Source of the DNA: an uncultured bacterium
Lineage (GTDB): Bacteria > Bacillota_I > Bacilli_A > RFN20 > CAG-826
NCBI GenBank assembly: GCA_949296775.1
Contig: CASFQA010000002.1
Span: forward strand, 34,305-98,304
Reading direction: 5' to 3'
DNA length: 64,000 bases
Shown here: piece by piece, positions 18,505-26,521 of the stretch
Position numbering within the stretch: the first letter of the stretch is position 1
Layout: every line of letters begins with the position of its first letter
Program-made: the position numbers and the translations under genes
The notes under the pieces: generated by a model
Seen by the model: only the letters and a program-made list of their open reading frames with translations
The model's database searches: none
What the model was told of the DNA's origin: nothing

Positions 18505-19578
18505 GCAATCGCCGGCTTCGAAATAGGCGGCCGAGGTCACGATGCGGCGATCGTTATCGTGGGTTAAGAAGCGGACGGCGTCGGCTGGGGATACCCAATA
18601 GGCATCCTGAACCTCATCTTCCTGAAGGTCAAAGCCCTCGGTTTGGGCTTGGGCGGCAAAGAAAACCACTTCCTTGATGACCCCGTCCGAGGGTGAATAG
18701 ACGATCGATTCCCGGAAGCCCGGAAGGATCGAGGCCTCGACCCCCAACTCTTCTTTTATTTCCCGTAAAGCCGTCATCTCCTCCGATAGGTCTTCCGGCT
18801 CAACATGGCCTTTCGGGATCGAATAATGGCCAGCCGCCATATGCTCGACGCACACTCTGCCTTGATGGAACAAAACCGCCCCGCAGCTCTTCTCCTGCTT
18901 GCCAAGCAAAGAGCTGAGCCCTCTTATCTCGTCCTCGCTTAAACCGATGGCCTCGAAGTACCCATCTAGGCTCTCATAACGCTCGAAGAACCTTTCCAAG
19001 AACCGGTCAAGGTAAAACTCGTCGGGAACGATGATGAAAGGCGGGATGGAAGTCAAGCCGTCCTTCACCCGTTTCTCCATGTCATGGAGGTAGGCGAAGG
19101 AAGCCAGATAATCGGCGTTGATGTCTTCCATATCGACCCCATTGGCCAAGAGCAAAAGCAAGGCGAAGACCCCGGTCCGATCCTTGCCGGCGTTGCAATG
19201 GATCACCGTCGGCTTCGGGGCGTTTAAAATCGCTTGGAATATCCTCCTCGCCGAATAAGGCTCCTCGACCATCTCCATATAGGATCGCACTTGATCGTCT
19301 TGATCGACCGGGATCCGCCCCGCCCCATTGACCGGCAGCGAAATAAGCTTGGCCCCTAGAAGCGACAGCTCGGGAAGCTCGCTTTTCGCCGCCTCGTCGC
19401 GGAGGTCGATGATCGAGGATAGATGGAGCGACTCAAGCTTCCTGATATCGTCTTCGTCGGCATCCGAAAGACGCCCCGACCGATACACGACGTTATAAGC
19501 GGTGACCCCATAACGGCATTCGTACCCGCCCAAATCGCGGAAATTCAGAATGCGGTTGAATTTGATTCGTCTTTTCAT
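18484..19578 (-). CDS. Fusion protein: N-terminal protein-tyrosine/dual-specificity phosphatase domain + C-terminal NUDIX hydrolase domain
   Basis: P-loop HCNAGKDRTG (CX5R) in the N-terminal half. Nudix box GHVEPEDLSEEMTALREIKEELGVE (GX5EX7REUXEEXGU) in the C-terminal half. Single continuous ORF of 364 aa. Confidence 0.65.
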   Translation of the reverse strand: MKRRIKFNRILNFRDLGGYECRYGVTAYNVVYRSGRLSDADEDDIRKLESLHLSSIIDLRDEAAKSELPELSLLGAKLISLPVNGAGRIPVDQDDQVRSYMEMVEEPYSARRIFQAILNAPKPTVIHCNAGKDRTGVFALLLLLANGVDMEDINADYLASFAYLHDMEKRVKDGLTSIPPFIIVPDEFYLDRFLERFFERYESLDGYFEAIGLSEDEIRGLSSLLGKQEKSCGAVLFHQGRVCVEHMAAGHYSIPKGHVEPEDLSEEMTALREIKEELGVEASILPGFRESIVYSPSDGVIKEVVFFAAQAQTEGFDLQEDEVQDAYWVSPADAVRFLTHDNDRRIVTSAAYFEAGDCLKKVAE

Positions 19579-19656
19579 AGCCCCGGCATTCTACACTTCT
19601 TTCGCCGATAAAGAAAACGCCCCCGGATGGAGGCGTCTGCTTCGTCAGTTCGCTTT

Positions 19657-20319
19657 TTACTTCGCCGGCTTTTCGGAGTCGGGTTTTTTCTTAAGTTCCT
19701 CAAGGATGGCGGTAAGCAATTCCTCGGTGGTCGGCTTAGCCGGGGCCGGGGCCGCCGGAACCGGGCGTTCTTCCGGATGCTTTTCGTAATAGGCTTCTAA
19801 GGCTTGGGCCTTGAGGGCTTCTCTCTTCTTGTGGAGGTAGTTGACGACCTTGATGATGACGAAGAGGGTGAGGGCGATGATGAGGAAGGAGATGATGGCG
19901 TTGATGAAGGCGCCCCAATCGATGATGGCCGCCCCGTTGTAATAGAAGGAGCTGCCATGCTTGGTGTACATCCCGCCGATGGCGGTGGTGAAGTCATCGG
20001 CTTGCGAGAGGGTGGCCCACTCGGTAGCGGTGTAGCTCTGCTTCAAGGACGCCCCGTCGACGGTGATGTCGGACGGGACCCGCTGGGCATCGTTGGCCGC
20101 CGGCAAGACGGTGACTAAGCCGGCTAAGCCACCCGGGACGCCCCAGGTGCAGACGGAAAGCAAAATCGAAGTGAACGCGGTGACGATGGCGTTGAAGGCG
20201 CCGCCGATGATGACGCCGACGGCAAGATCGAGGACGTTGCCCCGAGAGATGAAGGCTTTGAATTCCTGCCACCAGCTTTTGACGGTGGAATTCTTTTTGG
20301 TTTTCTTTTCTTTGGACAT
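19657..20319 (-). CDS. mscL: Large-conductance mechanosensitive channel MscL (with extended periplasmic loop)
   Basis: FKAFISRGNVLDLAVGVIIGGAFNAIV matches the MscL TM1 signature (F+EFa.RGNVvDLAVgVIIGaAFgkIV). A second TM helix and a C-terminal charged helix are present. At 220 aa it is longer than the canonical ~130 aa. Confidence 0.8.
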   Translation of the reverse strand: MSKEKKTKKNSTVKSWWQEFKAFISRGNVLDLAVGVIIGGAFNAIVTAFTSILLSVCTWGVPGGLAGLVTVLPAANDAQRVPSDITVDGASLKQSYTATEWATLSQADDFTTAIGGMYTKHGSSFYYNGAAIIDWGAFINAIISFLIIALTLFVIIKVVNYLHKKREALKAQALEAYYEKHPEERPVPAAPAPAKPTTEELLTAILEELKKKPDSEKPAK

Positions 20320-20367
20320 AGTTTTTAACTCCCGGCGGCTATTGTGCCTAAACCGAATGAGAATGTT

Positions 20368-20388
20368 AAGTAAATAGCTTATTTACTT
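20368..20388. promoter_or_regulatory. Perfect 9-bp inverted repeat AAGTAAATA-gct-TATTTACTT upstream of mscL
   Basis: Seen directly, about 50-70 nt upstream of the mscL start, in the divergent mscL/cvpA intergenic region. Confidence 0.3.
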
Positions 20389-20522
20389 GCGTTTTCTTTG
20401 ATTCGAAGAAGAGGCGAATTCGTTTAGACATCAATGAAAATGCTTTGGAAAAGACCGCAAAAACGGGATAAGCAAGGAAAGAATTTGACTTAAAACCGCC
20501 CGATACCTATATTTGGAGCGTT

Positions 20523-21275
20523 ATGGATATCTTGTTTTCTTTGGCGGAGTTCGACTGGTTGAGCGTACTCTATGTCGTCATCATCATCCTAACCCTATTG
20601 ATCGGGTTTTGGAAAGGCGGGATGAAAACCCTATTCACCCTCCTTTCATTCGCGGTCGCAATCGGCGCCTGCTTCCTATTGGCTAATCCGGTTGGCGAGG
20701 CAATCGAGAAATCGGCTTTAGGAGAAAAGATCTACTCTTCTTTGAATGAGAACATCGGCGGCCTCATCAACGCCTTGCCTAGCTTCGCCGTCAATAACGA
20801 AGAGGCCTTGGGCGAGATCCTATCTGACCTCCATATCCCCGAATTCGTGCATGGCCCTTTGATCGAGGCCATCCAGCCGGCTTTAGAGGAAAACGGCCTC
20901 GCCTCGGCCGGGGAGACGATCGCCACCGCCTTAACCTCGATCTTCTGCTCCGGCATAGCCTATATCATCGTCTTCCTCGTCGCCTTCATCGTGGTCCGGC
21001 TCATCATTTGGGTGATCTGCCTAATCGTGAAGAAAGGCAAAACCAAACCCAACCTCTTCTCCCGCCTTTTGGGATTGCTGCTAGGGGCCGCGAAAGCCTT
21101 CGCCATCTGCTGGGTCATCTCCTTAGTCGTGACCTTGCTCATCTCGTCGGGATCGGAATTCGGAAACTACTTATCCGACATCATCGGATTGAACGACGAC
21201 AAGTTCTCCATCGCCAAATGGTTCATCGAAACCGACCTTGGCTATTCAAGCGTCATTGGATTTTTCACCAAATAA
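20523..21275 (+). CDS. CvpA-family membrane protein
   Basis: N-terminal pattern (DWLSVLYVVIIILTLLIGFWKGGMKTLFTLLSFAVAIGACFL) with 4 TM helices resembles colicin-V production protein CvpA. Confidence 0.45.
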   Translation: MDILFSLAEFDWLSVLYVVIIILTLLIGFWKGGMKTLFTLLSFAVAIGACFLLANPVGEAIEKSALGEKIYSSLNENIGGLINALPSFAVNNEEALGEILSDLHIPEFVHGPLIEAIQPALEENGLASAGETIATALTSIFCSGIAYIIVFLVAFIVVRLIIWVICLIVKKGKTKPNLFSRLLGLLLGAAKAFAICWVISLVVTLLISSGSEFGNYLSDIIGLNDDKFSIAKWFIETDLGYSSVIGFFTK

Positions 21276-21286
21276 GGCCGGAAAAC

Positions 21287-21312
21287 ACGGTTTCGGAAAA
21301 ACCGTTTTCTCT
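21287..21312 (+). terminator. Rho-independent terminator after cvpA-like gene
   Basis: ACGGTTT-cggaa-AAACCGT followed by TTTCTCT. Confidence 0.5.
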
Positions 21313-21651
21313 ATTAAATCGTCAATCGGAGATTTTTTGTTTCGCTGCGGACTTTAAAATATGGAAAATCTTATACACTGTATAAGGTTTTTTGCCTTCG
21401 AAATTCGAAAACTCCGCGTCCAGAAGAACTAAATATCTACTAAAGATTGAATTTAGTGTCGATGGATAAATTGTTTTTGATAAATCAAGAGGTAAAAAGG
21501 CTTAGAAATGTGGTTCCGCAAAGTCATAAGAGCATCTTATTTGATTTTTGTTTATTGCCTCCTAGAATAAGCACCGCACGACCCCTAAAGGGTGTGGGCT
21601 TCATAGCGAGAGGGAAACGCCATGGGCCTTTAGAAGCCGATGGGGAAGGGA

Positions 21652-24045
21652 ATGGAGTTAGAAGATATGTTGCAAGTAATCAAGCGCGACGGGACCTTGG
21701 TGCCCTTCGATCTGAAGAAGATCCAATCGGCCATGTCCAGGGCCTTTACCGCCGAGAACAAGACCATCAGCGATGACGTGTTGGAGCTTTTGGCCCTACG
21801 GGTCACCTCGGTATTCAACAGCAAGGTCCACAACGACCAAATCGGGGTTGAGGAAATCCAAGACGCCGTCGAGATCGTCTTAATCCAAGCCGGCTATGTC
21901 GACGTCGCCAAATCCTATATGGATTATCGGACCAAACGGGCGGCTCTCCGGCAAGTGAAGAGCACCACCCTCGACTTCAAAAACGTCGTCGACTCCTATT
22001 TGAAAGTCGCTGACTGGCGGGTCAAGGAAAACTCGACCGTCACCTATTCGGTCGGTGGGTTGATCCTTTCCAACTCCGGCGCCGTCACCGCCAATTACTG
22101 GCTAAGCGAGGTCTACGACAAAGACATCGCCGACGCCCACCGCAACGCCGACATCCATATCCATGACCTCTCGATGCTCACCGGCTACTGCGCCGGCTGG
22201 TCTTTGAAGCAGCTCATCAAAGAAGGCTTAGGCGGCGTCCCGGGCAAAATCACCAGCGCCCCCGCCAAGCACCTGATGACCCTTTGTAACCAAATGGTCA
22301 ACTTCTTGGGCATCATGCAAAACGAATGGGCCGGCGCTCAGGCGTTCTCTTCTTTCGACACCTACCTCGCCCCCTTCGTCAAAGTCGATCACCTTTCCTA
22401 TTCCGAGGTTAAGCAGTGCATCCAATCCTTCATCTTCGGGGTCAACACCCCGTCGAGATGGGGCACCCAATCGCCTTTCACCAACATCACCCTCGACTGG
22501 ACCGTCCCCGATGACATGGCCAATCTCCCGGCCATCGTCGGCGGTAAAGACATGGATTTCACCTACGGCGATTGCAAAGAGGAAATGGCGATGGTCAACA
22601 AGGCCTTCATCGAGACCATGATCGAGGGCGATGCCAACGGCAGGGGCTTCCAATACCCGATTCCGACCTACTCCATCACCAAGGATTTCGATTGGTCGGA
22701 CACTGAAAACAACCGCCTCCTGTTCACCATGACCGCCAAATACGGCACCCCGTATTTCTCCAATTACATCAATTCCGACATGAAGCCGAGCGACGTCCGC
22801 TCGATGTGCTGCCGCCTCCGGCTCGACCTCCGCGAGCTCCGCAAGAAAAGCGGCGGCTACTTCGGATCGGGCGAATCGACCGGCTCGGTCGGGGTCGTCA
22901 CCATCAATATGCCCCGCATCGCCTACCTCGCCACCGATAAAGAGGACTTCTATGCCCGGCTCGATCGGTTGATGGACCTCTCGGCCCGTTCGCTGAAAGT
23001 CAAACGGGAAACCGTTTCGCGTTTGCTCGAGGCCGGCCTTTACCCCTACACCAAGCATTATCTTGGCTCCTTCAACAACCACTTCTCGACCATCGGCTTA
23101 GTCGGCATGAACGAAGCTTGCTTGAACGCCCGCTGGATCAAAGCCGACCTCACCCACAAAGAGGCCCAGGAATTCACCGTCGAGGTCTTGAACCATATGC
23201 GGACCCGCCTCTCCGATTACCAGGAGAAATACGGCGACCTTTATAACCTGGAGGCCACCCCGGCCGAATCGACCGCCTATCGGTTAGCCAAGCACGACAA
23301 AGAACGGTATCCGGACATCATCGCCGCCTCCAAAGACGGGGACACCCCTTTCTATACCAACTCCTCGCACTTGCCAGTCGGGTTCACCTCCGATATCTTC
23401 GAGGCCCTCGACATCGAGGATCAGTTCCAAACCCTCTACACCTCCGGGACCGTCTTCCACGCCTTCTTGGGGCAACGGCTTCCGAACTACGAATCCTGCA
23501 TGAAGCTGGTCCGGAAAATCGCCGAGAACTATAAGCTCCCCTATTACACCATGTCCCCGACCTATTCGGTTTGCGAAGACCATGGCTACATCACCGGGGA
23601 GGAATATAAGTGCCCGATCTGCGGCAAGGAAACCGAGGTCTATTCCCGAATCACCGGTTACTACCGTCCGGTCAAAAACTGGAACGCCGGCAAGTCGCAG
23701 GAATTCAAGATGCGGAAGACCTATGATATGAATAAGTCGACCGACGTCCATGTCCATGACGGCGCCTGCTGCAATTTCGCCGAGCAAAAAGCCGACGCCC
23801 CCAAACTCCACGAGATCTTGCTCTTCACCTCGCCCACTTGCCCCAATTGCAAGATGGCCAAGATGCTGCTTGATAAATCGGGCATCCATTACCAGATGAT
23901 CGATGCCACCACCAACGTCGAGAAGACCAAGGCCTATGGCGTCAAGCAGGCCCCGACCTTGATCGTCCCTAACGGCGATTCCTACTCGACCTACGAAAAC
24001 GCCTCGTTGATCAAAGGCTACATCGATTCGACCAAGGCCAACTAA
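21652..24045 (+). CDS. nrdD: Anaerobic (class III) ribonucleoside-triphosphate reductase NrdD with fused C-terminal glutaredoxin/NrdH-like redoxin domain
   Basis: ATP-cone N-terminus (VIKRDGTLVPFDLKKIQSAMSRAF). Core motif CCRLRLDLRELRKKSGGYFGSGESTGSVGVVTINMPRIAY. Zn-ribbon CEDHGYITGEEYKCPICG. Glycyl-radical loop SRITGYYRPV. About 100 extra C-terminal residues carry LLFTSPTCPNCKMAK ... VKQAPTLIV (CxxC plus cis-Pro thioredoxin fold). The ATG at 21652 has RBS GGGGAAGGGA; the alternative ATG at 21640 has none. Confidence 0.88.
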   Translation: MELEDMLQVIKRDGTLVPFDLKKIQSAMSRAFTAENKTISDDVLELLALRVTSVFNSKVHNDQIGVEEIQDAVEIVLIQAGYVDVAKSYMDYRTKRAALRQVKSTTLDFKNVVDSYLKVADWRVKENSTVTYSVGGLILSNSGAVTANYWLSEVYDKDIADAHRNADIHIHDLSMLTGYCAGWSLKQLIKEGLGGVPGKITSAPAKHLMTLCNQMVNFLGIMQNEWAGAQAFSSFDTYLAPFVKVDHLSYSEVKQCIQSFIFGVNTPSRWGTQSPFTNITLDWTVPDDMANLPAIVGGKDMDFTYGDCKEEMAMVNKAFIETMIEGDANGRGFQYPIPTYSITKDFDWSDTENNRLLFTMTAKYGTPYFSNYINSDMKPSDVRSMCCRLRLDLRELRKKSGGYFGSGESTGSVGVVTINMPRIAYLATDKEDFYARLDRLMDLSARSLKVKRETVSRLLEAGLYPYTKHYLGSFNNHFSTIGLVGMNEACLNARWIKADLTHKEAQEFTVEVLNHMRTRLSDYQEKYGDLYNLEATPAESTAYRLAKHDKERYPDIIAASKDGDTPFYTNSSHLPVGFTSDIFEALDIEDQFQTLYTSGTVFHAFLGQRLPNYESCMKLVRKIAENYKLPYYTMSPTYSVCEDHGYITGEEYKCPICGKETEVYSRITGYYRPVKNWNAGKSQEFKMRKTYDMNKSTDVHVHDGACCNFAEQKADAPKLHEILLFTSPTCPNCKMAKMLLDKSGIHYQMIDATTNVEKTKAYGVKQAPTLIVPNGDSYSTYENASLIKGYIDSTKAN

Positions 24046-24051
24046 GATATC

Positions 24052-24078
24052 GGGCCTCCTGCAAAGGGGGCCTTTTTA
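24052..24078 (+). terminator. Terminator-like hairpin between nrdD and trxB-like gene (possible partial terminator/attenuator)
   Basis: GCCTCC-tgcaaa-GGGGGC (one G.U pair) followed by CTTTTTA. It lies only 16 nt before the trxB-like start. Confidence 0.4.
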
Positions 24079-24093
24079 CGAAAGGACTACCAT

Positions 24094-25005
24094 ATGTACG
24101 ACGTCATCATCATCGGGGCCGGCCCGGCTGGGTTAAGCGCCGCCCTCTATTTAAGGCGAAGCAACCGGAGCGTCCTCCTGCTCGAAGGGGAAGGCATCGG
24201 CGGCCAAATCGCCAAATCGCCGAGGCTAGAGAACTACCCGGCCATCGAAACCGTCTCGGGCATGGAATGGGCCGATCGGGTCTTCAACCAAGTCGATGGG
24301 CTCGGGGTCAACTTCGACTTCGGGAGAGTGACCTCGATCGAAAAACTATCCGAGGGCCATTTCAAAGTCGATTACGGGACGCTGGCGGAAGGCAAGGCCG
24401 TCATCATCGCCGCCGGCTGCCACCACCGAAACCTCGGCTTAGCCAAAGAGGAAAGCTTCGTCGGCCATGGCCTTAGTTACTGCGCGACCTGCGACGGAGC
24501 CTTCTACAAGGACCAAAACGTCTTGGTCGTCGGCGATGGCAATTCCGCCGTCCAATACGCGATTACTCTAGCGAATTTATGCAAAAAAGTCGTGGTTTGC
24601 ACCCTTTTCGATGACTTCCGGGCCGATCCTATCATCGTTAAAAACCTCTTGGGATTAGCCAACGTCGAAATAAGGCATAACCTTGAATCGAAGGAACTAT
24701 TGGGCGAAAAGGAGTTGACTGGCGTCCGCTTCCTAAACAAAGAAACCAACCAAGACGAAACCATCGCCGCCGATGGTCTATTCGTCGCCATCGGGCAGAT
24801 TCCCAATAACGAACCCTTCCTCCCGTTGGTCGAGTTAGAAAACGGCTTCATCGCCGTTAACGAGGATATGCAGACTAAGACCGGCGGCCTGTTCGCGGCT
24901 GGGGATTGCCGGGTGAAGAAAACGCGGCAAGTCGTCACCGCCGTCTCCGACGGGGCGATCGCCGCGGTATCGGCCGACAAATACCTCAATTCGCTTCAAT
25001 CGTAA
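24094..25005 (+). CDS. Thioredoxin-reductase-like flavoprotein (TrxB family) lacking the canonical NADPH-specificity motif
   Basis: FAD motif IIIGAGPAGLSAALY. Redox-active CATC. Second Rossmann fold VLVVGDGNSAVQYA. The HRRDxFRA motif of NADPH-dependent TrxRs is replaced by TLFDDFRA (nt about 24601-24624). Confidence 0.75.
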   Translation: MYDVIIIGAGPAGLSAALYLRRSNRSVLLLEGEGIGGQIAKSPRLENYPAIETVSGMEWADRVFNQVDGLGVNFDFGRVTSIEKLSEGHFKVDYGTLAEGKAVIIAAGCHHRNLGLAKEESFVGHGLSYCATCDGAFYKDQNVLVVGDGNSAVQYAITLANLCKKVVVCTLFDDFRADPIIVKNLLGLANVEIRHNLESKELLGEKELTGVRFLNKETNQDETIAADGLFVAIGQIPNNEPFLPLVELENGFIAVNEDMQTKTGGLFAAGDCRVKKTRQVVTAVSDGAIAAVSADKYLNSLQS

Positions 25006-25688
25006 TTCCGCAATTTAACGGAAGGAACGAATTCCTCTGCGGCGCGGCAGAGCCTTTCCGCCTCTTTTCTATCGAAGGCATGGAAGCCATGCTCCAAACA
25101 GCCTTCCCGATCGATATACATCTGCAGGAAATACCGCTTCGCCCCCTTGATGAGCCACGCCGCCTCCTTAATCGAGCGCTCATCATGGAACTCTTTGATG
25201 ATGGTGGTCCGAAACTCATATTCAAGGCCCGAATTCATAATCAAACCAATCGAACGTTTAATCCGTTCGACCTCGAAATAGGTCAAGCCCGCGGTTTTAG
25301 CATATCGCTCAGGCGAGTTCTTGATATCCATGGCGATATAGTCGACCAATTTGTTTTCGATGGCTTCTTCGATGATTTCCGGGCGATAGCCATTGGTATC
25401 GAGTTTGACCTTATAGCCGAGGGACTTGATTTCCGAAAGCTTGGATAGAATGTCCTCCATCAACGTCGGCTCGCCGCCGGAGACGCAGACGCCTTCCAAA
25501 ACGCCCTGCCTTTTGATCAGGTATTCTTTGATTTCCGGCCACGGGATATAGGTGACCTCTTGCCCCAGCACCAGCGCCCCGTTATGGCAAAAAGGGCAAC
25601 GGAAATTGCAATGGGAGCAGAACAAAGTCGTGGTAACGTAGTCGTCGAAATCGACGAGGGAGAGTTTCTCCCAGCCGGAGAAATCCAT
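24996..25688 (-). CDS. nrdG: Anaerobic ribonucleoside-triphosphate reductase activating protein (radical SAM)
   Basis: LFCSHCNFRCPFCHN (CxxxCxxC radical-SAM cluster in the NrdG context). 230 aa. Convergent with the trxB-like gene and overlaps its 3' end by 10 nt. Confidence 0.85.
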   Translation of the reverse strand: MDFSGWEKLSLVDFDDYVTTTLFCSHCNFRCPFCHNGALVLGQEVTYIPWPEIKEYLIKRQGVLEGVCVSGGEPTLMEDILSKLSEIKSLGYKVKLDTNGYRPEIIEEAIENKLVDYIAMDIKNSPERYAKTAGLTYFEVERIKRSIGLIMNSGLEYEFRTTIIKEFHDERSIKEAAWLIKGAKRYFLQMYIDREGCLEHGFHAFDRKEAERLCRAAEEFVPSVKLRNYD

Positions 25689-26507
25689 TTATTCGTTTTC
25701 GTTGGGTTTGGAATCAACCTCGCCATCCGGCTTCGCTTCGCTTTCCGACTTCATATCCTCGGTCTGGTTTTCTTCGGAGGTCGGTTGAGTCTCCTCCGGT
25801 TTTTCCTTAGCCGGCTCTTCCTCTATTTCCATAGAAGTCGGGGTCTCCTCAACCACGGCCGCGGCTTCGGCTGCCATCTTGTCATTGACCGCCGCCTCGG
25901 CTTTTTCCGCCCGTTTGATCTCAACGAAATAAGCGATGCTTAGGTAAAGCACCACGGCCCCGGCAAGCATCAAGATGATGCCGAAGAGGACCAAGAAGAT
26001 GACGAGGATGTTCCGGTCTAGCAAGATGGCGGCGGTGATGCCTCCGGCGATAAGAAGGACGCCGATGACGATCAAGACGATGTTTTTCCAGGTAACCCCG
26101 GCTTTCTTAATCAGATAAACGACGGCATAAACGATGGCGATGAGGCCCGAGACGGCAACCAAGGTGCCGATGAAGATGCCGATGAAGCGAAAGACGATGG
26201 TGGCTTGTTCGAGGTCCGAACCGATAACCGCGAGCAAGACGCCGCAGGCCATCTCCAAGGCTCCGGTAATCGCTTGGCCATACGTGGTCTTGATCAAGGT
26301 GACGTCGCCGATGTTGATGACCGAGACGACGTCAAGGGCGATCCTTAACACCGCATCGACGATAACGATGATGCCGATGACCAAGATGATGGCGTTTTGG
26401 AAGCTGGCGTTCTGGCAATAGGCCATCGCCAAAACCCCGGCGACGATAAGCAGGACCGCCTCGAATATGTTGAGCAGCAGCCAGCCGATTTTCCCTTTTC
26501 TGAACAT
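25689..26507 (-). CDS. DUF308/HdeD-like membrane protein with acidic C-terminal tail (paralog 1)
   Basis: N-terminal KIGWLLLNIFEAVLLIVAGVLAM (HdeD-like). About 6 TM helices. C-terminal 60 aa is E/K/P-rich (EEEPAKEKPEETQPTSEENQTEDMKSESEAKPDGEVDSKPNENE). RBS AAGGAGA. Confidence 0.4.
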   Translation of the reverse strand: MFRKGKIGWLLLNIFEAVLLIVAGVLAMAYCQNASFQNAIILVIGIIVIVDAVLRIALDVVSVINIGDVTLIKTTYGQAITGALEMACGVLLAVIGSDLEQATIVFRFIGIFIGTLVAVSGLIAIVYAVVYLIKKAGVTWKNIVLIVIGVLLIAGGITAAILLDRNILVIFLVLFGIILMLAGAVVLYLSIAYFVEIKRAEKAEAAVNDKMAAEAAAVVEETPTSMEIEEEPAKEKPEETQPTSEENQTEDMKSESEAKPDGEVDSKPNENE

Positions 26508-26521
26508 GGTTCGATCTCCTT

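Noticed and set aside
21300-21651. Searched the 350-bp nrdD leader for NrdR boxes or a cobalamin riboswitch
   Set aside because: There is no B12-box (GCCACTG-like) and no clear pair of 16-bp NrdR palindromes. Only short inverted repeats (CTAAAT...ATTTAG) are visible. The region is probably a regulatory leader, but I cannot assign it.
22228-23889. Long antisense ORFs (284 aa and 201 aa) inside nrdD; similar antisense ORFs inside the big lipoprotein gene (5188-5889), yitT/prfB (35534-36821), yfhO (53687-54205) and the hydrolase gene (18693-18917)
   Set aside because: High GC content suppresses stop codons on the opposite strand. These ORFs have no RBS, have Arg/Gly/Pro-rich low-complexity translations, and overlap genes with clear family motifs.
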